A stretch of DNA of 61,064 bases, filler included, from Basidiobolus ranarum (lineage: Eukaryota), in assembly GCA_040143965.1 (NCBI GenBank). It is 5 parts of 5 records of this genome, joined end to end, with 100 filler letters (N's around TTAATTAATTAA, not from the genome) between each part and the next. Parts side by side here need not be neighbours in the genome. Positions count along the whole stretch, not along the records: positions 1 to 12,150 come from JASJQH010000562.1; positions 12,251 to 24,386 come from JASJQH010000563.1; 3 more parts are not named here. One strand, given 5' to 3'. The position numbers and the translations under genes were made by a program. Below the pieces are notes generated by a model, which did not search any database, was not told the origin of the DNA, and saw only the letters and a program-made list of their open reading frames with translations. Shown here one piece after another: positions 1 to 12,757 of the stretch (the stretch's first letter is position 1; every line of letters begins with the position of its first letter).

Positions 1-209
1 GATATATAGATTTTTCAAACTTGTGCTAGAAGCCCCAAACTTTGCACACATGTTCCTGGGACCTTCCTTAACATATTCTACACGTTAGTTTGTTTACATC
101 TTGACAAAACTGTAAATGTCAACTTTCTACTCAATAAATCAACAAGTGAAAACCACCAATTCCTCTAATTCTCCAAACCACTTCTAACAGGCTCCCAAAT
201 ACTTTAACA
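1..209 (+). repeat. Partial LTR (3' part), inverted copy of the LTR at 820-1161
   Basis: 1-209 aligns by eye, with scattered mismatches, to the reverse complement of ~820-1030 (tttgcacacatgttcctgggaccttccttaacatatt vs tttgcacatatgtttctgggaacttccttaacatatt). It ends in ..ttaaca and is cut by the window start. Confidence 0.7.
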
Positions 210-299
210 AACAGAGGATTCTAATGGCAAATCAGGATCAGGTGAGATTTTCCTGATTATTTTCTGGTATTTCAGCTTGCATTTCCCACATGGTCTTAT

Positions 300-1161
300 T
301 GGCACATATGCCACTTTGGGCTCATTCAAGCTTGTAAAAGTTCTGGCCATTTTCTCTTAAAGCTATATAATACACATCTTGATCATTGATGCTGTATGTC
401 AACAAGCAATAAGTGATTTACTGTCTCTTCCTGCCTTTGTTTTTATGTTAAAGAGTTGGCTGCTCAGAAACATCTTGCTAGCAGCAGAACATGTATGGTA
501 GATGTCTTCCAAGGCTTTCCACACCTTCTTGGCAATTTTGCTCTTGTACATTGATTTAGCAAATTATCCTTAATATTAAGACAAGTTGTGTTCAAGACAC
601 TTTGTTCTTTTTTAGTTTGGAGTAAAATTTCATTTTGGGACAGCTCTGTATTGCTTTTTTCTTCTACAACAGTATTCCAGAGTTATTTTCTTGCCTCATC
701 AAAATCTGTTTAATTTTGTATGCTTGTTATTTGGCTCCATACAATTTTTCAGAAATGGGAAAAGTTCCATAAATTTGAGAAGTAGACATTTGGAGAGTGC
801 AAGCTTGAGGCTGATAACCTGTTGAGATATTTTAGGATCCTGTTGGAAGCAGTTTGGAGAATTAGAGAAATTGATGGTTTTCACCTATTGATTTATTGTG
901 TAGAAAGTAGACATATATAATGTTGTCAAGAGGCAAACAAACAAATGTATAAAATATGTTAAGGAAGTTCCCAGAAACATATGTGCAAAGTTTGGGACTG
1001 CTAGCATAAGTCTGACAAATCTATACATCAGAGAACTTCTAAGTTTGTAAACATATTCTAAGTTCCAATTAAGAATAGAGAGTGATATCTTGAAATATGG
1101 AATACTTAAATACTAAGCTATATGTGATTATATAGGTATTTAAGCAATGCTAACTTCAACA
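300..1161 (-). mobile_element. Degenerate Ty1/copia 5' end: LTR (820-1161), PBS and gag relic
   Basis: The LTR is bounded by TGTTGA...TCAACA. On the minus strand it is followed directly by a PBS-like GGTTATCAGCC (809-819), then a stop-riddled gag-like reading (MSTSQIYGTF...). Almost no CpG. Confidence 0.65.
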
Positions 1162-2269
1162 TATATATATATATTACTTTTATAGATAAGTAAATGACCT
1201 GCCAGCATAAAATCAAAATACATGAATTGGGAATAGTCCTAATCTTTGATTTTCTGACTAGGTGAATAGTGTAGTACCATATTGCTATGGGAATATTAGA
1301 TGGCAGTTCTTCACTTAATGAATAACTGATCTCGCAACACCAAGCATCACCAACACGTTGTTGGAATAAAGGTTCCGAATATCCCAAACAGTAATGGTTT
1401 GATGCATACAAAGCGAATTTGTCACGTGTTGTGGAAATAAAAGCCCAACCAATACGTCTTTATGTAGGTATTACTTCATAATTCCTTCTCATAGAGACTA
1501 TCGTGGAGTTTAATCTACCAGACCATCCTGTTCTGTTGGCTTGCTATCTGCACTTCTGAGGTGTTAGAAAGGGATGAATCGGCCATCTAGATTGTCTTAG
1601 CAATGCAGTGGCATGCTGCTGAAGCACCCTAAACGCCTCGTGAGACCACCTACTTCCACCTTATTCCACTCCTGAAGATAGCGCAACTATGACTTCAATT
1701 ATGACGCTTGTCATTGAACATGATGCAACCTTGAAAGCTGTCCAAGCTGCCTGTATGATTTTACTCTAACCTTACCTAATGAATAGACTCTTCTCAGGGT
1801 TGCAGCAAATCAACATCCAGTATGGTTATCTTTTGATATGCCCATTCAAAATAGAAACCAAGTGTAACTGTATATGGCCAATGCTATTCCGAAATGGAAT
1901 TATGTGCTACCCCAGAGCAACCTTTCGACAGATCTGACTGGCTGAGATCACCACGGAACAATGATCTAACAGGATCCAGATTCTAAATCAATCAATGATA
2001 ATTAACTCCTGTGTTTATGGCCAAAGTAACATTTGTATTCGGTGTGATTTGTTGTATTGTCAGAACAATGTGGTCATATGATTGGAATTTAATTCTCTAT
2101 TTCCATTTGGAGATGTCTACTGATTTCTGTGCTAGACAATGAAAAGGGAAATTATTAAACATTGAGATTTTTTTTCAACCAACAAATATTTATGTTTAAT
2201 GACTTTAAACAGCTGAAGTGTAGTCACCCCTTCTTTATTGCCGTTTATTGCCGCTCCAACTACCATACT

Positions 2270-3768
2270 ATGGCAACCTACGAGGAAACACCTCTTTTGT
2301 CTAGTGAAACTGAAGAAAAGCTCACATGGCGTGAAAGGATTATCCGGTTTCGCTCGTCCAAGACTGCTATTACCTTCGTGGTATCTTTAGCGTTATTTGC
2401 GTATGTTTTTTATGTTTGTTTCCACCTTCAATGGTTTTTAACTTCTAATTACTTCAACTAGCGACATGGTGGTGTATGGAATTGTGGTATGTTTTCGAAT
2501 ATCTTATTGTGAAGGGTCCAAACGACATGATGCTTACTTCACCTCACTTGATAGGTTCCCATTCTCCCTTTGATTGCGAAAGATAAGCTCAATGCTGATC
2601 CAGCCATGGTTGGACTTTTATTTGGAACCTATGGTAATTTTGGCTATCATATTTTACTTACTGCCTATATACTTATCTGTGAATTTTTTAACTAGCTTTC
2701 GGTTTATTGGGTTCAACACCCATCTTTGCTATTCTCAGCGATAGATACAATACTAGAAAAATCCCTATGGTTATTGGACTATTTGGTTTGGGTGTCTCAA
2801 CTATCTTTTTCATTGTCGCAGAAAACTTTTGGCAGTTGATGCTAGCTCGTATGGCACAAGGCGCTGCTGGAGGAGCGTCCTGGACCATTGGACTTACAAT
2901 GATTGCTGATGCCTTCCCTCCTGATCAACTTGGTGTAGCTATGGGAGTTGTTCTTAGTTGGAATGGGGTCGGGTTTCTAGTAGGTCCTGCCATCGGCGGT
3001 ATTCTATTTGAATATTGGGGCTTTGCAGCTCCATTCATTTTCTGTGCCGCCTTAGCCTTCATTGATCTTCTGGCTCAATTATATGTTATCCCTGCTACTC
3101 CTATTGACCACGATGATGAGTTTGTTGATACAACGGGAGATGTAGAATCCCAAAGCAGTATTCGGACTAAGCCATCTATTTGGACTCTGATTCGAGAGCG
3201 ACCCATTATCATATGTTCCCTAGCAACATTTTTAATTGCCAGTAACTACTCTAGTATTGAACCTACACTTGGTGTTTACCTTGAGGAAGAATTTCATTAT
3301 AACCCTAGCACCATTGGTGTAATCTACATGGCGCTTGTCATTCCTAATGTCTTTATGTCACCCATCGCCGGATATTTGAGTAGCCGATTTGGAGGCATGA
3401 CTATTTCCGGACTTGGGATCTTCGTCTTTGCCTTGGTGACTCCATTAATTGCTTTACCCAGGAGCTTTTGGTTGGAGTCCTTATCTCTTGTCTTGTGTGG
3501 TGCTGCCGGCGCCACTGCCATGACACCCATCTTACCTGAAATGGGGCTTCATGTAACCAAGCTAGGAGGGGGAGCATTTGCACAACTGGATGCTATCTTC
3601 AATATGGCCTATAGTCTTGGTATGCTTGGGGGACCTATTGCTGGTGGATACTTGATGAAACAATTTGGTTTCCTCAAAACCACACTTGCGTTTGGTATGC
3701 TGCTTCTTGTCTTCACACCACTAATCGTAATCAAGAAACGATCATCACACATAACAACACCCTCGTAA
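2270..3768 (+). CDS. MFS transporter (DHA1 / SLC18 vesicular amine transporter-like), 4 exons
   Basis: ATG at 2270 (MATYEETPLL). GT-AG introns near 2401-2461, 2487-2554 and ~2634-2694. Many hydrophobic helices, motif A-like SDRYNTRK, ARMAQG, and motif C-like GFLVGPAIGG. Confidence 0.9.
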
Positions 3769-5900
3769 TTTGTCACTCGATTGACTTTATTTTCTAACAT
3801 TTTAACCGACATTACAAGTCCATGCTCATTGTATCTTTTACATTATATCTTTTTCGTGAAGTTTAGCAAACACATTTCCTCCAAAGATTTTAGTACCCCT
3901 AAGTCACGTTCTAATACCTACCGTGGTTTCTATCGGGAACCAATCCAATTTTAGCTTCTTCTAAAGTAGTTAAATTACGATCTTTATGAATATGATATTC
4001 GATCCATTTTCGAAATAAAATACTTGGTTTAATATATACTCATCACAAAGCACACAAGTTAGAGTTCATCCCTTTCGATTCGTTCACGTTGAGAGGAGTA
4101 TTTACCAATTCAACTTGTAGAGAATGAATATGTTTCCTTGTTATGACAATTCTCAGGATATCAAGGTAGAGATGTGTACCCACTCCAACGTCCATAATAA
4201 ACCGATCTAGTAAGTACATCCATTGGGGATGTCAATAAGGGAATGGTGATACAAGATCATGAGTAACAACTGTACACATCCCTAGTATCATGAAGTGGGC
4301 GAATTAATCTTGTTGAAGATGAATGGAATTACACCATGTTACCATCATCTCCCCATTTTGAGTATTTCTGTCGATTGAAACCGATTCTCACTCCATCATA
4401 GCCCAGATTTGAACGCTTGTTAAATTAGAATACCTTTGACATGAGTTTGGCTAAAGGAATATTCACATTTATGGTAATGAGTCCCTCTCATCCCATTGGA
4501 TACCACGCTACCCTGAGCCTTTTATATTGGAATGGGAATCAATACAAGTCATCCAATGCAGGTGAAAACCTGATAAGAAAATTCGAGGAGAAAAGAGGAT
4601 ATGTTTAAGGAGAGCGCTGAATGGAATTCGAGGCATTATATCTTCATTCAATACTTACAAACAGTCCTTAAAATTCTAGTAGTCCAAAGCAAGCCAAAAC
4701 ACCTAACAATGTGTCAATCTACTTTGGTACAATTGATAGCCAGGAGGTTTACCCGTAAATGAGCCATTGGAGTCTTCGATAAGTAGCAGTAATTTAACCG
4801 GAGGAGGAAACTTGTAAACCAACCAATTTTAAACTTAGTCGCACCATAAAAGGAGGAATTGACTAATGAATACTAAATAGGCTATCATTTTCCAAAAATG
4901 GATTCAAACAGGTAATTCGGTGAGATGTGAGAAACGTGAAAACTACTATTGTGTGGTTCAAAGCTCAGTTTATTTACTTCTAATATTCGTGTTGGGGGAT
5001 AACCAAAATCATGACCATGTTACTTTGTTGGTGTCTTTAGCAAAGTGCGGCCTGTGGATTTCAGTTTTGCTATCGTAGCGTGAACAATTCTGGTTCCAGG
5101 AACTGGGGAATTTCCGTATTCTCTGATCCGTCAAATATATAGAATGGAAATATATCGCGGATACAGGTGTTTGTTGAGCAATATAGCATAAGGAATCAAT
5201 ACACCGAATTCAAGCTTCAGCGTCGATTCATTCTCGATATTCTTTGAATATTGTACTTTTATTAGGAGAGTGACCCTACATTTTACCATAATACCCATAT
5301 TTAGTCAATTCATCTGAAAATGGATAGAAGCGGAGATATCCTCAAATGATCTACATCCTAGGAATAAGTGCAGTTTTCTTTCCAGGCTTCTGTTGGTATC
5401 TCATGGTTGGGATAAGGCTGAGCCATACAACTTCTCACGATACTCCTTGGTTTCGACGGACATATAATCGATTCTCACGACTATCTGTGTACATTGATTG
5501 AGTTCAAATCATACTGATTGTAGTCAGACATTGCGTTGCTAGATTATCTAATATTTATTATTACAATATGTTTCTCTATAATTAAAACGATTGATGTGAT
5601 ATAAGAGAACGAAGATAATAAGGACCATACGGTCCTTCGGAGATTTGAAAATTTAACAGAACATCGGAACAGTAAAGATACTCTCATTGATATTGAGTTG
5701 AAATCTGGACAACTTAATTAATGATGGAATTGGTAAGGAGAAATAGCATGTATCTGAATTCTCTTAAAGGATTCATCAGAACAAAACCGATTACATATAT
5801 ACATTTAAACATGGAGTGGGCAGGCACCTGGGAATATGGTATTTGTCGAGTAGAATTATTATTCGGCCTATCTAACTAAAAAGTTTGATTTATAAAGCTC

Positions 5901-6933
5901 TCAAACATCATATAGGGTTCGTTTTGGCTTTCTCCTGTTACGTTGAGGACGCTGCACAATTAGTGGTATGATTTCCTCTTCCTCTTCTTCCTCAATCGGG
6001 TCCTTTAATTCTTCAGGCTCAGTGAAGCGCCTAATTTCCCCGTGCCAGCTCTCAACTTGAGCAGAGAGTTGCTTGTATTCATCTCTCAATGCTTCTAATC
6101 GTTGAATTGCACTGTAATGATCCTCTTTGGGTAAATAAATGTATTTCACTATAATTTAATAGTCAGTGCTATATTCAATGGAGATAAAATAGAGTTCATT
6201 TGAAAAACATACCTTGAATTCGTGCTATTTTCTTCTTGTCTGAGGCTTTCTTCTCTTTTTTCACACTGAACGTACTAGAACAACGTGTATGATTCAGGGA
6301 GATCTTAGTATCTACCGTTCGTTCAGAGGACGAGCTCGTCTTTGATGATCTCTTCTTTGAGTTTTCGATGGTTGGAGAGTATTCAGGACCGATTATTCCA
6401 TTATTTGACGGAAGAGTATCTGTAGGTATTTCTGAATTGGAGAGTAGATTGTTCTCCTCAATTCTTCGTCTTCTTTTTCGACTATTGGTAACATTTTTAT
6501 TGTTATCTGAAGAGCTGACCGAAGGCGTTTCTGGTAGGGTGCCGTTTTTGGAGGGATCTTCCGAGACATGAGAAGTATCGCTACCTGACCTTCGTGACAT
6601 TCTTGTATTTCGACGATATGAGGTCGAATATATGTCTGAGGTATCGGAACCGGGGGATTTCTCCGATTGACCTCTTTTTAACTGTCTTCGCCTGGAATTT
6701 CTATCTTTCTTTTCAGATATGATAGTTACCTCTAAAGTGTTATCATTATTAGATATGGATTCATTCGATTTGGTGCAGGTCGCCTGCTGGTTCATGTTAG
6801 ATGTGCGTTTTTTGGTAGATTTGAAACGCCCATTGCTAGAGCGATTACGGGTGGGAATCTTCTTGCTCGTATTAAGAGTATCTTGGATTTTTTCGGATGG
6901 ATCTCGAATATCAATCATACTTATAGGAATCAA
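5901..6933 (-). CDS. Hypothetical low-complexity Ser/Arg/Lys-rich protein with C-terminal coiled coil (2+ exons, start uncertain)
   Basis: ORFs 6196-6933 and 5901-6149 join in frame through a GTATGT...TATAG intron (~6211-6149), giving ..ARIQ|VKYIYLPKE... Basic NLS-like clusters (RKRRRR) and a helical segment with an acidic tract. Confidence 0.55.
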
Positions 6934-9900
6934 TTGTTACGACGAGGGAAGATATACTTGAAATCCCAGTGACTAGTATATAGTACTTGACGTTGAAAAA
7001 AGTGTCCAAAAATCACGAATAGTCGTATTCGTAAGGTAGTTCTATTCACTTGGAAAAGTGTACGGTTTTTACTAAAGCTAAAAATATTTTCCAAGTAAAA
7101 TTAGTTGAGTACTCTGTAAAAGTAACAGGATAGAATATGAAAGTAACAACAGTTATAGTCATCATAAAACCAAAACTGATAACCCACAAGTGAACTTACT
7201 TCTTCAAAAAGATATCAATAACAAGGAGACCGTCTGTTGTAGAGCGGTGTACGTTCGGACCGAGGTGAGAAAAGAGGTATCCCTATGGTGTAAATAGCGT
7301 TGAATCTGTTTGGCTAATTAGATTTCAATTCTCTGGACTAGTTTTACTGTCACCGTAAGCAAACAGTTGAATGTTTGCTCTGCTATCAACGAGTCTAGAG
7401 CGAACTATATATTCAAAAATATGGCTGAGGAAGAAAATAAAGTTTCTTCGTGGCAAATGAGCAAGTAAAAATAACAAAGTATAAATTAGCGGAGGTAGAT
7501 ACTTGACAGGGAAGAAACGTTGATTGTATATCCGTATAATAACCAGGGGAAGTTAAGTAAAGAGAAAGGTTTCAGAGGAAAGTCGGAGAAATGGGCTACG
7601 ATTGAATCAACTCCAATGCAGATTTCTACTGTGTATATATATATATATATATCAGAGATGTAGGTCTTCCCAATGAATTCCTTCTTGCCAATCATTCACT
7701 TAATTGCCAATGCCCTACCTAGTAAACTGAGATCAATTTAAATATAGGTGCACTCTAACAGATTTTGTAATACCAAGTAGTTTTCTTAAGACTGCCACAT
7801 ATCTTATATCACCGCGCTGAACAGGAAAAGTATGCCCAAAGTAATATTACTAGGTGATAAAGAGTAGAGACTTGGCACCAAGCGGTGTTATTCTCAAGAA
7901 AAAAGAATCCTGCCATCGACTAGAGCAAGTATACCATCCTCCTTTCTGTATATAAAGCGGCAATAGAGTTACATTGCGTACAGAGACTTTGACTCCCATT
8001 TTTATATGCAAAGAGTATCAGAGCCTTAAATATATCAATGCAAGGTCACTATATATACTCACTTGGCATTCTCCAGTACACTCGTGGTATTCAGATTACC
8101 CATAAACCTGTCGAAGTTGCATAAACAGATTCAATAGAACTGCCGGCAATCTAAAGTAAAGAGATAGACAGACTCGCACTAAAGGCAGTCTAAGAGATCC
8201 GTGATCTTTAGTAGATATATAATTAAATGCACTGAATGCCATTCTATATAATGATGACCCAACAGTGCCAAATCACGACTACCGTGTAACGTTCATCCAG
8301 ACGCATACAATCTTAAGATAACAAAGAAAATTTCTTGATATTGGATTTGGGATCTAATATCCTATATCAGAATCATGTCTCAAGCTTAAAGCTTAGTTCT
8401 AGCGTCAGTGCCATATTCGCAGCATACGATTTGCAGTTTTTTATCAACAATGGGAATCTTGAATATCTGTTCAAGGTGACATATTTGACTTTCACGCCTC
8501 TAGTCTATATATACAGTACTATAGGGGTGTTCTTTTCAAATCAACAGAGGATACTTGTGACAAATAATATAACTGCCTCGTGTGCCTTTTACCGCTTCAG
8601 CTAAAGATTGGGTGGCCTAGGTTTAAAACCCAACTCCCAAAGTGTAACCAAGAGAAACCAGTTTGATCAGTTGATTCATTGGCCTATAAATGTGACTCTT
8701 ACACTACAGACTAGCGATGGAAAGCTCTGCTTAAAATTTGAAGGGTTGCTGCTCATAGCAATGATTGCTTCTAAGGCACTCTGACTTGGCGGCTACATCG
8801 TATACAGCTCCAATTTACTTATGTCCAGATTTGGACAATTAACCGGAAGCCGAATATACATTCATCAACATATGAAGCTATCCAGGCGTTAAAGATGTAA
8901 TTTGATAACAGTATAGCGCTGTATGTTTATTCCTTTTTAGAAGATACTTCCTTTCATTAGGCGTTTCAGTAAATGGATGAATTGGTCATAGAAAATACAT
9001 CGCCAGCTGATGCTTATAAACGGTTATTTTGAATACAGCATCATCGAAAAGAGTAGTATTAGTATTGCCTAATGGTATTCGTAAATTTCTTATGGCTGCC
9101 AAGTGAATCCAATACCAATTGTTAAATACCCCCAACCCACAGGGTGCTTTAAACTTCTGGACAGGCTTGCCTCCAAAAGCACAGTGCATCGACAAATTGC
9201 CACAGATAAAATATTTAGCTGGCTGAAGTCTTTGCTATACGGATTGAGGATCGATGTAGTTATGGGGGTTAGAAAGAGGCTATCTCATTAGGAATGCGAT
9301 ATTGGTTAATTAATTAGAATGTCTAATCATGGAAAGAAACGGACTGCTCAGAGCCAATTAGATTGCAGCAAGGTTTCTCAGGGGTTGATACGGGTATTTC
9401 GAGTAATTCATCCTAGTTGATGCCCAGTACATGGAATCCGCTCTAACAGGTTGTTTGTTTTGCAATAAGGTACATAACACCATGAGTAATACAATCGAGG
9501 TTGAACCTGTTCCGAGATCCGTAGTCACGAAAACAAACTAGGAATGGTAGAGGCGGAGCGTATTTCAACTATTTGTACTTTCGACTTCCAATCTCTGAGG
9601 ATTGGAGTATCATGGAGATCAATTTTGTAATTTTGCAAAGGCATGAAGCCTAGAATGCAATTTTCGACGGGCCCTTTGATGTGTAACTTTTTAAAAGGGG
9701 CTACCTATCTGATTTGCAATCACCCTCGGATGCGTGGGCTTGTTTGTGTGCCCTACCGGTTCTATCGCTTCGTTTCAAAAACCATGCTGTAATACAGTAA
9801 TTTGATTATCTCCTTGGTATGATATATTGCAAACGAAGCCACCTCTGCTCGAGAGACGAAGAATTTCTCCTGCAGTTCATATCCTTGAGTGCCTGTTAGT

Positions 9901-10480
9901 TGCAACATGCAGGATGTGTCATTACTTGCAAGGTCTCTTGAGCTATCTCAGCCTTTTTCCTAACAAAAGACACATATCTCGACTTGTAGGGCGGACTTCC
10001 AAAAAGATATTAGATAGCATATAGGTCTTACGCGACCGATATACTACCCGGAAGCGAGGTATGATGTGGATCAGTTTGAGACAGTTGTCGATAGTAGCAT
10101 AAATTGGTGATTTTTGAGTAAGCGCCAATGCTAGCTACTAAGAGCAATTTACATGAATATTATCATGAGTCGCTGAGCATTCACCAATAAAACTCACCAA
10201 TCTACAAGTAGTAGCGAGATCGAAGCACCACCAAAATGCATCTGCACTCGTGACAATAGTGATATAATCAGAATCATGTGAATGTGTATCACTTGTGGGT
10301 AGAATGGATGACTTCAATATGGATGCTTTATGAAACTTTGATTAGGTTTTCGTAAGCACCAGTAGAAATCGCCACAACTTATTGGTTACTTGCTGAAAAA
10401 AACGGCCATAGGCATTTGGCGGCACGTATTTAAGCGTACTACTGATGCCTGGTCCATCATTCAAGAAATCTTTTTAAGCA

Positions 10481-11730
10481 ATGACTCACGGATCAACCAA
10501 TGCTGATATTCGTTCTGGTTACTGCACAGTAGGCCAGGCCAGTGGCTCGCCTGTTCAACTTCATTATGAGATTCGTGGCCGCAGTGACGCTAAAGAAAAA
10601 GTGGTTCTCATCATGGGTAGAGATTAACTTGGCATACATTGAATCCCTGAGCGCTGATTTCTCACTATATTCATGTTTAGGCTACTTGATCAGTGGATAT
10701 GCATGGAAGCTCCAGGTAGGTGATCCATTCTTTTAGTGACAAGACAGCCCAAGTCTTATACCATCTCACCCTCAAGGCAGACTTCCTTGCTAGTCAAGGG
10801 TATCAAGCATGCTTCTTTGACAATCGTGGAGTGGGTCGATCTGGTATTCCATTCCTCTTCTACAGATTACAATTCTCTTACAACTACTAATCCCATGGTT
10901 TATTTCATGAATTCGAATGCATATATCAGACGCCCCATTAGGAGCTTATACGTAAGTTTTAGTCAACATCTCATGGTAGAGTGTTCTCGCACTTATTCCC
11001 TTCAATTAGTACTTCTGGAATGGCAAAGGACGCACTCGATCTCTTGCAACACTTGGGGTGGACCTCGAACGTTCACATTGTTGGGATCAGCATGGGTGGA
11101 ATGATATCCTTGGAACTTGGCTTAATTGCTCCACCAGGGATGATTGCTTCACTGATCTTAACTTCAACTCATGCTGGCAGAACGCTAGTACCATTTGCGG
11201 GGCTCTTGGCCTTGTGGAGATCAATGTTATGCATTTCCGTTGCTGCACGAACTCATTCCAACACCAAATTGCTCTATCCAGCGGTAATGTATAGGTCTTA
11301 TGAATCAGTTGACCATTCTTTTCTTTGTATTCATTCCTTGACAAAATAGGCATGGCTTGATGCAGCGGCACCCGAAAAATCTGGCTATAAAACCAACCGA
11401 GACAAAATACTTGTTGGTATGTTAGAAACGGCTAAAGCTGCTCCCGAACCGAAGATCACCGGTGTTATGGGGCAAACATCAGCAGTAATTCGGCACTTCG
11501 TGAGTACCACAAGCCTGCACAAGATTAGAGATAAAGGCCTTCCTATTCTGGTGGTCACAGGGACTGAAGACCTGTTAGTACGCCCAAGTAACTCTCACCA
11601 TCTAGCTAAAGAGCTGGATGCAAGAATCGAAATATTCAATGGATCTGGCCATGTTGTCCCAGTTGAACAAGAAGAGAAATATAACAAATTATTGCTCGAG
11701 TTCATCGTCGACGCTAGTAGACATCACTGA
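10481..11730 (+). CDS. Alpha/beta-fold hydrolase (multi-exon)
   Basis: Spliced translation MTHGSTNADIRSG...LHYEIRG...VVLIMG|...FDNRGVGRS|...GISMGG (GxSxG nucleophile)...GTEDLLV (acid)...GSGHVVP (His). Several short GT-AG introns. Confidence 0.9.
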
Positions 11731-12040
11731 ATGTACAATGAAACAACTTGCGTTCAATTTATCTGTACATAATATGTTGATATTTTATAAATTCAAATAA
11801 ATTGCAAACGTTACGAAGTGGAAAACGGCATCCAAAAAACTATGAAAAATAATTGCTTTATTGAAATGGGTTCAAAATGGGTTTTATAGAGGCAAACGAT
11901 GAGAAATATGCTGTTATAAAAGATGTGACCATGAAAGAAAGAGTTTTTTAGGAGTTCGACGTCTATCATATGGAAAATCGAGTACTGTTTTCAGTTCACC
12001 ATACAATGGAGTCATCTCTCCTCAACATCAGTTTCTTTAC

Positions 12041-12150
12041 TCAGACTCTTCGGTCTTCTTGTTGTTTTCACGAATAAGACGAAGTTTTGTGGTAGAGTTG
12101 ACATAGGTACAGAAAACGAAGAAGACAACGTTGATGAAGGGAACCCACAT
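12041..12150 (-). CDS. 3' end of an Mpv17/PMP22-family membrane protein (partial, cut by contig end)
   Basis: Minus-strand translation ..WVPFINVVFFVFCTYVNSTTKLRLIREKQQEDRRV* resembles the WVPFxNxVxFxxxTYxN C-terminal helix of fungal PMP22-like proteins. Recognised from memory, not searched. Confidence 0.6.
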
Positions 12151-12250
12151 NNNNNNNNNNNNNNNNNNNNNNNNNNNNNNNNNNNNNNNNNNNNTTAATT
12201 AATTAANNNNNNNNNNNNNNNNNNNNNNNNNNNNNNNNNNNNNNNNNNNN
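12151..12250. other. Artificial contig spacer
   Basis: N44-TTAATTAATTAA-N44, which puts stops in all six frames. Confidence 0.98.
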
Positions 12251-12757
12251 ACTGGCATCTCAAGTGCTGCTACAGTTACTACCAGTGATACTGGCATCTC
12301 AAGTGGTGCAACCGTTACTACCAGTAGTGCTGTCACTAGTAGTATGGGACCTCCAATACCCACAGGTGAACCTAGTAAGACTGGATCATCCAGCGGATCT
12401 ACCGAAGTTTCCAAGTCAACCAGTAAGCCTACACATGGACCTAAACCAACCAAATCGGCCAGCAACTCAACTGCCTCATCAAAGCCAACCCACAAGCCCA
12501 AACCAACTCATGGAGGTGGCTCTAAGGGTAGAAGTACCGTCACTAAGACGATTACTACTACTGTATGGAGTTGCCATTCGAAATCTACCAAGTCTAGTTC
12601 TGGCCAGCCTGAACCAACCAGCGGGAATTGTACCGACGGGCAACTCCAATGTGTTGGCGACGCGTTTGCTCAGTGCTCTAATGGTCAATGGATAAAACGC
12701 CCCTGTGCCCCTGGTACAAAATGTGCTAGTGCTGGAGATAGCGTCGTGTGTGTCTGA
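12251..12757 (+). CDS. 3' part of a Ser/Thr-rich protein with C-terminal CBM19-like chitin-binding module (partial)
   Basis: The frame is open from the contig start. A 39-bp tandem unit (TGISSAATVTTSD / TGISSGATVTTSS) and an S/T/P/K linker lead to CTDGQLQC...FAQCSNGQWIKRPCAPGTKC...C, the Cys pattern of fungal CBM19. Confidence 0.7.
   Translation, partial: TGISSAATVTTSDTGISSGATVTTSSAVTSSMGPPIPTGEPSKTGSSSGSTEVSKSTSKPTHGPKPTKSASNSTASSKPTHKPKPTHGGGSKGRSTVTKTITTTVWSCHSKSTKSSSGQPEPTSGNCTDGQLQCVGDAFAQCSNGQWIKRPCAPGTKCASAGDSVVCV

Noticed and set aside
4300-4850. Possible minus-strand gene relic
   Set aside because: Stops in all frames and no recognisable motif.
12195-12206. TTAATTAATTAA palindrome recurring about every 12.2 kb
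   Set aside because: Embedded in N runs; it is an artificial linker, not a biological repeat.
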